A DNA stretch of 26,512 nt from Acholeplasmataceae bacterium (GCA_003497445.1 DNNX01000067.1:1-26512); one strand, 5' to 3'; positions 1-8,699 are shown, numbered from the stretch's first letter. Program-made: numbers and translations. Notes: generated from the sequence alone by a model not told the origin.

Positions 1-1631
1 CCATAATTAAACTCGTTTTCTAGTATCCCATTTGCAAAAACCAATGTTTTATTCATTGTTAGGGTTTGTGTGAACGATTCTGCTTGTATCTCAACTTCAA
101 TCGATAATGGTGTTTCAAATAATTCTTCATTATCTAAATAAACATCATAGCCGTTATACTCTCTATATGCATCATAAATGAATACATCTTTGTTATTAAT
201 TGAAATTCTTAAAGAGTTTTCAAGCGATTGTTTTATTTGCAATTTTAAACTTTGGTCAAGTGCGGGTTCGGTAGGATAAATCTGAGAGAGATAGTCATCT
301 GAAAAATAAATTGTTTCCATGTCGTTATCAACGATACCAACAATTTTAAAATACCCGATACCAGCTTCTTCTAGTGAATTTTTATCCCAATCCCAAATAC
401 GATCACTTGTAAGCAAAACTGTTTGATCAATGTCTATACCCCACCAATAATTACTTACAACAATTTCATCCATTTCAGTAGGTAATCTTCCCTCGGAAAG
501 CATATTTGAGGTTAATGTGTTGGCACTATCATTAAATCGATAGTTCATCATATCCATGACTTCATCATTATTAAAAAAAGTGACGATATTGAAGCTTGTG
601 TCATTGTGAAATAATGCTCCATACGCATACACTTTATTTACATCTCTAAAGCTTTCAATGATGTTAATGTCCTCATTGGTTAATGGATTACCATCTCTTC
701 TTTCAACAAGCACACGGCTACTTGGTACAGATGGATATGTCCCGGACTGTTCTAAACCTGTTGTACGAAGTCCATAGATTTGGTTAGAATAGACAATAGT
801 GAACACACTAATCGCAATAAGCATCAAAAACAACATAAAGAAAAAGCGTTTTGGTTGTGCAAATAAATTCCTTAATGAAAATTTTATTAAATCTAATACA
901 TTTAGTTTTTTAGTTTTTTCATGTTTTGTCAAGGAAACATCTTGATGTTTTTTTAATTGAATGTCCTCAACAACTTCTCCGTCTGACATTTTAATGCGTC
1001 TTGTTGCATAAGGAGCAACCTGATCAAATTCATGCGTCACAACAATCACAAGTTTATCTTTAGAAACGTCATTTAATAAAGACATAATTTGTTCTGCAGA
1101 GGTTTGATCTAAGTTCCCAGTTGGTTCATCACATACAATGATGGGTGTATCTTTTGCAAGTGCTCTCGCAATCACGGCACGCTGTTTTTGACCACCGGAT
1201 AATTTTGATGATTTTTGATTTTTTTGTTTTGTGAGACCCACTTGATCAATTAACTTAAGTGCGCGTGCTTTTCTTTCTTTTGAGGGAAATCCTTGCAATT
1301 CAAGTGCTAACATCACATTTTGGAACACTGTATACGAATCAATAATATTATAGTTTTGGAACACAAAACCAACATTTTCACGTCGATACGTCTCAAAATC
1401 TTTAATTTGATAATGGGAGGTTTCTTCGGAGAAAATAAACATTTCTCCTTCTTCATATTTGTCTAATCCAGAAAGTACATTAAGTAACGTTGATTTCCCA
1501 CTTCCTGATTCACCAGTAACAGCAACAAATTCACCCATATGAAACGAGAGTGAGATATGTTTCATACCCACACTTACATTATTTTCTGATTGATAATATT
1601 TTGATACTCTTTCTAATCTTAACGCTTCCAT
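1..1631 (-). CDS. MacB/FtsX-like fused ABC transporter ATPase-permease (partial, 3' end runs off the window)
   Basis: Not in the ORF track; translated by hand from ATG at 1631 (GGAGG at 1636-1640): MEALRLERVSKYY. Contains Walker A GESGSGKS, signature LSGGQKQRAVIARAL, Walker B IIVCDEPTGNLD and H-loop VVTH, then a hydrophobic TM segment (FFFMLFLMLIAISVFTIVY) and a long soluble domain. No stop before the window edge. Confidence 0.9.
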   Translation of the reverse strand, partial: MEALRLERVSKYYQSENNVSVGMKHISLSFHMGEFVAVTGESGSGKSTLLNVLSGLDKYEEGEMFIFSEETSHYQIKDFETYRRENVGFVFQNYNIIDSYTVFQNVMLALELQGFPSKERKARALKLIDQVGLTKQKNQKSSKLSGGQKQRAVIARALAKDTPIIVCDEPTGNLDQTSAEQIMSLLNDVSKDKLVIVVTHEFDQVAPYATRRIKMSDGEVVEDIQLKKHQDVSLTKHEKTKKLNVLDLIKFSLRNLFAQPKRFFFMLFLMLIAISVFTIVYSNQIYGLRTTGLEQSGTYPSVPSSRVLVERRDGNPLTNEDINIIESFRDVNKVYAYGALFHNDTSFNIVTFFNNDEVMDMMNYRFNDSANTLTSNMLSEGRLPTEMDEIVVSNYWWGIDIDQTVLLTSDRIWDWDKNSLEEAGIGYFKIVGIVDNDMETIYFSDDYLSQIYPTEPALDQSLKLQIKQSLENSLRISINNKDVFIYDAYREYNGYDVYLDNEELFETPLSIEVEIQAESFTQTLTMNKTLVFANGILENEFNY

Positions 1632-1668
1632 AATTCCTCCGTTTAAGATAATATATTAATTAATTGTG

Positions 1669-2316
1669 TCAAAGTATTGACAGCAATACTTTTTCCAAAG
1701 CCTTTACATCATTGACTAAGTGCATCGGGTTTAACTGAAGTAGTTGTTCTTTCGTTCTGTAGCCATAACTTACTGCAATATGATTCACGTTTAAGGTTTT
1801 TGCGACAATAATATCAGGCTCTGAGTCACCGATATAAATGATTTCTTCTTTAGAAACATTCATGAAATTACATACATATAAAAGCATATCTGGTGCTGGT
1901 TTAATGGGACGCTCACTTGTCATCCCCAACACAATGTCAAATTTATCATTAAAGTAATACTCTGATAAAGATTGTACTAAATGATGATATTTATTTGAAA
2001 TAATTCCAAGTTGATAGGATGATTTAAGTCTCTGTATTAAATTTAATATCCCGTCATAGATAACTGTTAAGTCTTTATGATTCGCATCATAATATGTTTG
2101 ATAAGTATCGTGAATCGATTTGACATGGTTTTCAGATGCTTTAGGTGCACATCGCTTGATCATTTGCATGGCACCAGATCCAATACTTTGGCGAACATGA
2201 TCTACTGATACTGTTGGATATCCAAATGATTTGAGTCCAACATTCACAGCCTGATGTATGTCATAAATCGTATCTAATAAAGTCCCGTCTAAATCAAATA
2301 TTATTGCTTTTTTCAT
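1669..2316 (-). CDS. HAD-superfamily hydrolase, phosphoglycolate phosphatase-like
   Basis: Motif I IIFDLDGTLLD, KPAPD and motif IV YIGDSEPDI. ATG at 2316 with GAGG at 2323-2326 is preferred over the track start at 2328. Confidence 0.88.
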   Translation of the reverse strand: MKKAIIFDLDGTLLDTIYDIHQAVNVGLKSFGYPTVSVDHVRQSIGSGAMQMIKRCAPKASENHVKSIHDTYQTYYDANHKDLTVIYDGILNLIQRLKSSYQLGIISNKYHHLVQSLSEYYFNDKFDIVLGMTSERPIKPAPDMLLYVCNFMNVSKEEIIYIGDSEPDIIVAKTLNVNHIAVSYGYRTKEQLLQLNPMHLVNDVKALEKVLLSIL

Positions 2317-2332
2317 GACAATCCTCAATCAT

Positions 2333-2341
2333 ATTATATCA
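2333..2341 (-). promoter_or_regulatory. Extended -10 promoter element (TGaTATAAT) for the HAD gene
   Basis: The minus strand reads TGATATAAT just upstream of the RBS; no convincing -35. Confidence 0.5.
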
Positions 2342-2350
2342 CGATTATGA

Positions 2351-2379
2351 TTGTAAAAATCGCTAAAATCATGTATAAT
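2351..2379 (+). promoter_or_regulatory. Sigma-A promoter of ssrA
   Basis: TTGTAA (2351-2356), 17-bp spacer, TATAAT (2374-2379), ending 10 nt before the mature tmRNA 5' end. Confidence 0.7.
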
Positions 2380-2388
2380 CTTCACGCT

Positions 2389-2729
2389 GGGGATGTTTAT
2401 GGATTCGTCAGAGTATGAATCTATCATGTTGCGTATCTTGGTTGCTCAAGTAAAAAAGCCGAGGCTAATAACCGGAAACCAAAATTTTTCTTACGCGGCT
2501 TAAGAATAGCAAGCGTGCCAACTAAGTTGTTTGCTTACGACACTTACACGGCTCATAAAGTAAGCAATCCTATTGTTGTTGACAAGCTTCAATAAGATTA
2601 CGCATTGTCTCGATGACATCTTTCTTGTTTATTGTTAGGATGTCATTTAAATCTCTCAATAAACTACATACGTAGATGCATGGTATCATCATATTTTGCA
2701 CAGGGGTTCAACTCCCCTCATCTCCACCA
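2389..2729 (+). ncRNA. ssrA: tmRNA (transfer-messenger RNA), one-piece, CCA encoded
   Basis: 5' GGGGATG pairs with 3' CATCTCC-A-CCA, giving the G3.U70 alanine identity pair. T-arm is AGGGG-TTCAACT-CCCCT. The helix CAGAGTATGA/TCATATTTTG continues with TATCATG/CATGGTA. An internal tag frame follows ATAACC. Confidence 0.96.
2474..2503 (+). other. tmRNA tag reading frame, predicted tag (A)GNQNFSYAA*
   Basis: TAATAACC resume context followed by GGA AAC CAA AAT TTT TCT TAC GCG GCT TAA; ends in Ala-Ala like canonical tags. Confidence 0.8.
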
Positions 2730-2731
2730 TC

Positions 2732-2769
2732 AAAAACAAAAAAACACGTCTTTAACGTGTTCTTTTTTT
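2732..2769. terminator. Probable bidirectional intrinsic terminator between ssrA and the convergent CotH gene
   Basis: Stem AACACGT (2743-2749), loop CTTTA, ACGTGTT (2755-2761), with an A-run upstream and a T-run downstream. Confidence 0.75.
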
Positions 2770-4222
2770 ATATAAAAGGGTGTCTAAACATGGCATCACG
2801 ATACCATATCGATCGCTCATATATAAATGTTTTATTCCACAAGATGTGGTCAACATAAGATTCAAACTCAACCATAAACATCGGATTTGGCCATAAATAT
2901 GTATTAAAGTTATTCCATCTTTCAAAGTTTTCTTCTGCGTAAGGTATCAAAGAAACACCTAAAACCTCTATCAACGTTAAAAACATCGGTAAAATTTCAT
3001 TATAATAGTGAAGCATTTCATTTCGAAACATGTCTTGAAATACGTCTAATTCGATAATTGTAAAAAACCATGACATCCTTGAATCGAACGCTAAAAAGAA
3101 CCCTTCTGGGTTATAATAATCATCTCCGACATAATCAGCATTCCCTAAAGCAAAATCAAAATCCCAAACAGGACCAAATTTTAACGTATTATTTTCTCGG
3201 TACATAAAAACAGATAATCCCCATGCATCAACATTTTTAAATATTTCTTGAATCATCATATATTTTGCCCAATTAGTTAAATCAATATCGGGATGTATGA
3301 TCCCATTTCTTAAATCATTTAAGACATTTTCTAAATATGTTTCAATCGTCATGAGCGTATCTGCTTCTAAGTTTACACTTCTTTTTATCGCATAAGGTGC
3401 ACCATCTACACGAATAAATACATCGTTAGAAGGTTCCCAATCAATTCGATGGTCAAGTTCTAATGCAAATGTTAAAGGATCTTCATTCGATTTGATATAT
3501 GTACGATCTTCGATAAGTGCATATAATCCGTGATAATCACCATTAACGTATAAAGATATATATCTTGTAGCTTGAGTTATTTCTAAAGATAACATTTGAG
3601 AAAGCTGATGTGCTATTACATCTCGCATCAGCGATTTATCTGCTGCCATTCCAATAAGTAAATAATCATGATGAGGTCTTAATCCCATCATTTCAATATT
3701 ATGATCAAATGATATCCGGTATGATTTTTTATCATATGCAAACCAGTTTGAATTCCCTCTTCCACGGATATTTCCCAAAGATTCAAAAAGTTCAGTGTCA
3801 TTTTGATAAAGTGAAATAACAGTTTGTGAGAAAGATTCTTTTTGAATATTTTCAAAATCAACACCATTTAAATGAATTTCATAATTATGTTTCGGAGAAT
3901 ATGCACTAAGCACGTAGATTTGATCGATGATTTTGTATGTTTCATCGCTTGCGTAAATTATGACTTCAAGGTCCATATATTGGTCATAGATGGGTCGATC
4001 AAGATTTTTCAAGTCATCGATAATTTGATCATTTATTTCATATGAAATAATTGTTCCCTCAAATAAAGGAAGCGTGCTTTCGTGTGTCACATCTTGTTCA
4101 ATGAAATATTCAATATCAGGCAATACCTGTTCTAAGGTATGTTTTGCTGTAAGGTTTTGTTGACATGATACAAGAAAAACAGAGATTAAAATGAGAATAC
4201 TACTTATTAAAAATTGTTTCAT
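2768..4222 (-). CDS. CotH-family kinase lipoprotein (copy 1)
   Basis: Signal peptide with lipobox LVSC. CotH-type motifs: RGRGNSNW, KKSYRISFD, Y-NGDYHGLY and GPVWDFDFALGN. Confidence 0.82.
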   Translation of the reverse strand: MKQFLISSILILISVFLVSCQQNLTAKHTLEQVLPDIEYFIEQDVTHESTLPLFEGTIISYEINDQIIDDLKNLDRPIYDQYMDLEVIIYASDETYKIIDQIYVLSAYSPKHNYEIHLNGVDFENIQKESFSQTVISLYQNDTELFESLGNIRGRGNSNWFAYDKKSYRISFDHNIEMMGLRPHHDYLLIGMAADKSLMRDVIAHQLSQMLSLEITQATRYISLYVNGDYHGLYALIEDRTYIKSNEDPLTFALELDHRIDWEPSNDVFIRVDGAPYAIKRSVNLEADTLMTIETYLENVLNDLRNGIIHPDIDLTNWAKYMMIQEIFKNVDAWGLSVFMYRENNTLKFGPVWDFDFALGNADYVGDDYYNPEGFFLAFDSRMSWFFTIIELDVFQDMFRNEMLHYYNEILPMFLTLIEVLGVSLIPYAEENFERWNNFNTYLWPNPMFMVEFESYVDHILWNKTFIYERSIWYRDAMFRHPFI

Positions 4223-4251
4223 GTTTTACCTAATTTTGTTAAAATAAAATA

Positions 4252-4260
4252 TGCTATAAT
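4252..4260 (+). promoter_or_regulatory. Extended -10 promoter element (TGcTATAAT) for trhO
   Basis: Exact TGnTATAAT about 30 nt upstream of the ATG at 4291. Confidence 0.6.
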
Positions 4261-4290
4261 GATTTAGAAAAGAAAGTGTGGTTACTCTAT

Positions 4291-5214
4291 ATGACAAATA
4301 GCATGCAATATCAAATTTTACTATATTATCATTATACATCAATTAATGATCCTGAGTCATTTGCAAAGAAACATTTAAAATATTGTAAAAAGTTAGGAGT
4401 ATTAGGTCGTATCATTGTCTCAAAAGAAGGCATCAATGGCACTTTATCAGGTACCCTTGAACAAACCAATACGTATATGCAAGACTTAAAATCCATCAAA
4501 GGATTTGAAGGTATTTCTTTTAAAATAGACATAGAGGACGCCCATGCATTCAACCGTATTTCTGTTAAAGTGAAAAAAGAAATTGTTAACTTGGGATTAG
4601 AAGATGATATTAATCCACAAGAACTCACAGGTATTTATCTTGAGCCAAAAGATTACTATGAGAAATTAAAAGATCCAAATGTTGTCATTGTCGATGCTAG
4701 AAATAATTATGAATATGATTTGGGGCATTTTAGAAATGCAATCAATCCTAATATTAAAAACTTTAGAGATATCCCTTCATGGTTTAGAAAACATAAACAA
4801 TTATTCGAAGGCAAAACCATACTAACTTATTGTACAGGCGGAGTGCGGTGTGAAAAATGGTCTGGGTTATTAAAACGTGAAGGTATCGAAGACGTCTATC
4901 AATTAAAAGGTGGTATTGTCACATATGGTAAAGATCCAGTTATACAAGGTGAACTTTGGGACGGCGCATGCTATGTATTTGATTCTAGAATAAGTGTGCC
5001 AGTTAATAGAGTAAACCCTGTCATTGTTGGTAAAGATCATTTTAATGGTGAACCATGTGAAAGATACATTAACTGTGCAAATCCAGAATGTAATAAACAA
5101 ATCTTATGTAGTGAGGAAAATGAGGTTAAATACAGAGGCTCTTGTTGTGATGCATGTAGAAAGCACCCCCTTAATAGATATGAAACAAGAATTTCATCAA
5201 GAATATATGATTAA
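4291..5214 (+). CDS. trhO: Rhodanese-domain protein of the UPF0176/YceA family (tRNA U34 hydroxylase TrhO)
   Basis: [48 protein letters not shown] and a Cys-rich C-terminus. Start is uncertain (4276 GTG, 4291 ATG or 4303 ATG). Confidence 0.85.
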   Translation: MTNSMQYQILLYYHYTSINDPESFAKKHLKYCKKLGVLGRIIVSKEGINGTLSGTLEQTNTYMQDLKSIKGFEGISFKIDIEDAHAFNRISVKVKKEIVNLGLEDDINPQELTGIYLEPKDYYEKLKDPNVVIVDARNNYEYDLGHFRNAINPNIKNFRDIPSWFRKHKQLFEGKTILTYCTGGVRCEKWSGLLKREGIEDVYQLKGGIVTYGKDPVIQGELWDGACYVFDSRISVPVNRVNPVIVGKDHFNGEPCERYINCANPECNKQILCSEENEVKYRGSCCDACRKHPLNRYETRISSRIYD

Positions 5215-5241
5215 AGCACGTTATGAACGTGCTTTAATTTT
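5210..5241 (+). terminator. Intrinsic terminator after trhO
   Basis: Perfect 13-bp stem ATTAAAGCACGTT, loop ATG, AACGTGCTTTAAT, then a T-run; overlaps the stop codon. Confidence 0.75.
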
Positions 5242-5408
5242 GTATTTTTCTATATATTCCATAATGAATTGAAATTTTTAAGTGTCACTGGAAATCAAAA
5301 TAAATTCTTAAATTTATTAAGTAGTCTTATTCTATAATTTCATAAAAAGTTTTATAAATTAATTGATACATTTTTCAATCGAAATACAAATAAAAAGGCT
5401 GAGTCTTT

Positions 5409-7268
5409 TCATTTAGATAATAATGTAGTGAGTGCATCTGTGTATGCTTTAGGATTTTCTAATGGAATCCCTTCAGCAACTAGTGACTGGTTATATAGCA
5501 ATGATGCAATTGAATCAATGGTTTGATCATCAGATACAAAGGTTTCATGTAGTTTTTTAAATAGATCGTGATTTGGATTGACTTCTAAAATACGTTCAGC
5601 TTTCACAGAGTCACCATTTGGCATTTGATTCAGTACTTTTTCCATCTCAAGTGAAACACCTTCACCTGAAACAATACATACAGGAGATTCCGTAAGTCTT
5701 GCAGATACCTTTACATCTTTTACTTGGTCTTTTAAACTTTTTTTAATTGCCTTTAAGAAATCTTTATAATCTTTTTCTTGTTTCTTAACTTCTTTTTTCT
5801 TTTCTTCTAAAACTTCTTCAAGATCCCCTTGTTGAATTGATTTAAAAGGCATTTTTTGATAGTTTTGCATTGCCTGAAACATAAATTCATCGACATCATC
5901 ATAACATAACAACACTTCGATATCTTGTGACTTCATCGCATCCATTTGAGGTAGATTCATCATTCTTGATTTTGATTTACCAGTCGCATAATAGATAAAT
6001 TTTTGACTTTCGGGTTTTCTATCCAAATATTCTTTTAAAGTAATCGGTTTTTCACTTTTTGACGTTTCAAATAAAATTAAGTCTTGTAGCTTATCTTTAT
6101 TCATGCCAAACATTTCATAAATACCATATTTTAAAGTGAGTTTGTAAGCTTCGTAAAATTCTAAATATGTTTCCCTCTCATCTGCTAACATGGATTCTAA
6201 TTCACTTTTGATTTTTTTCTCTAAATGTGAAGCAATCTTTTTGAGTTGTCGATCATGTTGTAACATTTCTCTAGATAAGTTAAGTGACAAATCTGCTGAA
6301 TCTACAAGTCCTTTGACAAATTTAAAATAATCTGGGATTAATGATTTATTTTTATCTTCAATGAAGACACTTTTAGAATATAACTGCAATCCTTTTTCAA
6401 AACTTTCAGTGTAGAAATTATATGCAGGTTTCTTCGGAATGAATAAAAGCGCAGTATACGTTAACATCCCTTCAACATTGGTATGAATGGTTCTTAATGG
6501 TGCTTCAAACTCATTAAATTGATGTTTATAAAATTCTTGAAGTTCCTCTTCTTTAACATCACTTTTTGACCGTTTCCAAATCGGTGTCATTTGATTAAGA
6601 GTTATATCTTCTTGAACCTCTTTTTTATCTTCGGTTCTTGTTTCTAACATCTTAATTGGATACCTTATATAATCACTATATTTTTTGACAAGTGATTTGA
6701 TTTCATAAAATTTTAAAAACTTTGAGAAATCGATGTCTTCGGCATCTTCTCTAATATATAATGTGATTTCTGTACCAATGGTTTCTTTTTCAATATCTTC
6801 AATTGTATAATTTGATACACCATTAGACGTCCATAAATATCCAGTTTCAGCATATGGTGAACGTGTTTTTACAACGACTTTTTCAGCAACCATAAAAGCA
6901 CTGTAAAACCCAACACCAAACTGACCAATGAGTTCTGCTTCATTTTTTTCTTCTAATGAATCTTGAAATGCTTTCGTTCCTGACTTAGCGATGGTACCTA
7001 AGTTTTCTACTAGTTCTTCTTGAGTTAGACCGATACCATTATCTACAATCGATAAAGTACGAGCTTTTTCATCAGTAATCAATCTAATTTCATAGTCAGC
7101 ATTTGGCACTTTTTCATCAGTTAATGATTTAAAGTGGCGTTTATCGATGGCATCACTCGCATTTGATATAAGTTCTCTTAAAAATATTTCATGGTGTGTA
7201 TAAATTGAGTGTGTCATTAAATGTAGTAAGCGTTGAGATTCAGTTTTAAATTGTTTTGTTTGTTTCAT
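5409..7268 (-). CDS. htpG: Molecular chaperone HtpG (Hsp90)
   Basis: FLRELISNASDAIDK, DNGIGLT, NLGTIAKSGT, IGQFGVGFYSAFMVA, LNLSREMLQ, ILEVNPNH; GGGAGG RBS. Confidence 0.97.
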   Translation of the reverse strand: MKQTKQFKTESQRLLHLMTHSIYTHHEIFLRELISNASDAIDKRHFKSLTDEKVPNADYEIRLITDEKARTLSIVDNGIGLTQEELVENLGTIAKSGTKAFQDSLEEKNEAELIGQFGVGFYSAFMVAEKVVVKTRSPYAETGYLWTSNGVSNYTIEDIEKETIGTEITLYIREDAEDIDFSKFLKFYEIKSLVKKYSDYIRYPIKMLETRTEDKKEVQEDITLNQMTPIWKRSKSDVKEEELQEFYKHQFNEFEAPLRTIHTNVEGMLTYTALLFIPKKPAYNFYTESFEKGLQLYSKSVFIEDKNKSLIPDYFKFVKGLVDSADLSLNLSREMLQHDRQLKKIASHLEKKIKSELESMLADERETYLEFYEAYKLTLKYGIYEMFGMNKDKLQDLILFETSKSEKPITLKEYLDRKPESQKFIYYATGKSKSRMMNLPQMDAMKSQDIEVLLCYDDVDEFMFQAMQNYQKMPFKSIQQGDLEEVLEEKKKEVKKQEKDYKDFLKAIKKSLKDQVKDVKVSARLTESPVCIVSGEGVSLEMEKVLNQMPNGDSVKAERILEVNPNHDLFKKLHETFVSDDQTIDSIASLLYNQSLVAEGIPLENPKAYTDALTTLLSK

Positions 7269-7286
7269 ATATTCCTCCCATATGAT

Positions 7287-7315
7287 ATTTTATTAATGTA
7301 GATATATAAAGTCAA
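7287..7315 (-). promoter_or_regulatory. Sigma-A promoter of htpG
   Basis: Minus strand reads TTGACT (7315-7310), 17-bp spacer, TAAAAT (7292-7287). Confidence 0.65.
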
Positions 7316-7350
7316 TAAAAAAGACACTTTATGGTAAAGTGCCTTTTTTT
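7316..7350 (-). terminator. Intrinsic terminator of the sugar ABC operon
   Basis: Minus strand reads GGCACTTTA-CCA-TAAAGTGTC followed by a T-run, directly after the binding-protein stop codon. Confidence 0.78.
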
Positions 7351-7366
7351 ATCAATTAATAAATAA

Positions 7367-8623
7367 TTAAGCTAATGCTTCTACTGCAGCTTTCACTTGA
7401 GAAATAAATTCTGTTCTCGTGATTTGTCCACTCGCGAGTGCACTATAGATTGGTCCTAAAGTATCCATACCAAATCCTGCAGGTAAATCATTTTGCCACC
7501 AAGCATATGCTTTACCAGCTTGATTCCAAGCAAGTACAGCAGCTGATAATGGTGTTGAAGGTACTAATGTCACTGAATCAAATGCAGGCACCATATTCGC
7601 TTCATTCACCATATAGTTGTGTCCAGCTTCAGTTCCAGCTAAATCTTCTAAGAATGCTTTTGCATTTTCAATGTTTGCACCATCTTTGTTAATAACATAG
7701 TATGAAGGTGCACCAATGAAAATAGAGTCATTGCCAGTCGCTAATACACCATGTGGTAAATATCCCATTTCAAAATCACTGTTTGCATATGAAGAATCTG
7801 TCCAATTACCTTGATGTAAGAATGCAGCTTTACCTGAAGCAAATAATCCTACTTGTTCATCATAACCACCAGTATTTAAAATGGTTTGATCAGCAAATTC
7901 AAATAATAATTCAACCCAATCCGTATATTCACCAAAACGTGCATCATCTAGTGTACCACCATTTACTTGATCAATGACTGTTGAATCAGTATAAGGCAAT
8001 CCTGCACTTAAATAACCATTGAAGTTATGTAATCCAGTAACCCAAGTCATACCTGAAGCTGCTGCCATTGAAACAACTGCTGAATCAGTAATGCTATTTT
8101 CTGTGTAGTAATCTTCTACTGCTTCAAACATTGCTCTAAAATCTGCTTGTGATACTGCAGCACCAATCGCAGGTATTGTAAGTCCAGCTGCTTCTAAGAT
8201 TGTTTTATTGTATGCCATACCCCAACCTTCAATCGCAACTGGGAATCCATAAACATCACCGTCAAATACAAATTCTAAACCTGTATTGTCTACCCAAGCT
8301 TCATTTCCTGAGAATTGATAGATTTTATCTTTATATTGATTAAATCCACCAAGACCTTCTATCACAAAGATATCTGGTTGATCATTTCCTTGGAATTCTG
8401 CTAATAATTGTGTACCATATGCACAAGAGTCACCACCACATGTTTGGACTTCAACGTTAAGACCGTTTTCTTCGCCCCATGCTGTTGCATAAGTACTTAA
8501 AACATCATCGATTTCAACTTTGTTTTGGAATATCACAAGCGAATCAGTCGCAGGTGTTCCAGTACAAGAAGCTAAAACGATAGCTACAGTTAATACTGTA
8601 AATAATGAAAGTAACTTTTTCAA
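7367..8623 (-). CDS. Carbohydrate ABC transporter substrate-binding lipoprotein (family 1, MsmE-like)
   Basis: TTG start with GGAGGA RBS; lipobox VLASC; FQNKVEI, YGFPVAIEGWGMAYNK, FASGKAAFLHQGNW. Confidence 0.88.
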   Translation of the reverse strand: MKKLLSLFTVLTVAIVLASCTGTPATDSLVIFQNKVEIDDVLSTYATAWGEENGLNVEVQTCGGDSCAYGTQLLAEFQGNDQPDIFVIEGLGGFNQYKDKIYQFSGNEAWVDNTGLEFVFDGDVYGFPVAIEGWGMAYNKTILEAAGLTIPAIGAAVSQADFRAMFEAVEDYYTENSITDSAVVSMAAASGMTWVTGLHNFNGYLSAGLPYTDSTVIDQVNGGTLDDARFGEYTDWVELLFEFADQTILNTGGYDEQVGLFASGKAAFLHQGNWTDSSYANSDFEMGYLPHGVLATGNDSIFIGAPSYYVINKDGANIENAKAFLEDLAGTEAGHNYMVNEANMVPAFDSVTLVPSTPLSAAVLAWNQAGKAYAWWQNDLPAGFGMDTLGPIYSALASGQITRTEFISQVKAAVEALA

Positions 8624-8699
8624 TTTATTTTCCTCCTATATTTTTTTTAAATTGAAAACGAAAGTAAGGTGATTGCTAAGCAATCGATGAATCATGTTT

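Noticed and set aside
1667-1692. Hairpin AAAGTATTG-ACAG-CAATACTTT and a TTGACA at the HAD 3' end
   Set aside because: It lacks a U-tail on the transcribed strand. The implied promoter (TTGACA-16-TATCTT) would start inside the ABC gene's RBS, so neither a terminator nor a promoter call is well supported.
2676-2858. 60-aa plus-strand ORF in the track
   Set aside because: It overlaps the tmRNA 3' end, the terminator and the antisense end of the CotH gene; no RBS or recognisable motif.
2729-4222. Possible genomic island integrated at the ssrA 3' end
   Set aside because: tmRNA is a known integration hotspot, but I found no integrase, no duplicated ssrA 3' end and no obvious compositional shift.
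4332-5272. Short ORFs 4332-4628 (-), 4903-5100 (-) and 5024-5272 (+)
   Set aside because: Shadow frames of trhO with no family motifs; the last one runs through the terminator.
5242-5400. Possible dif site in the AT-rich spacer
   Set aside because: Only a TATATA core resembles Bacillus dif; the XerC/XerD arms do not match.
7438-7977. ORFs 7438-7692 and 7753-7977 (+)
   Set aside because: Antisense shadows of the binding-protein gene with composition typical of off-frame translation.
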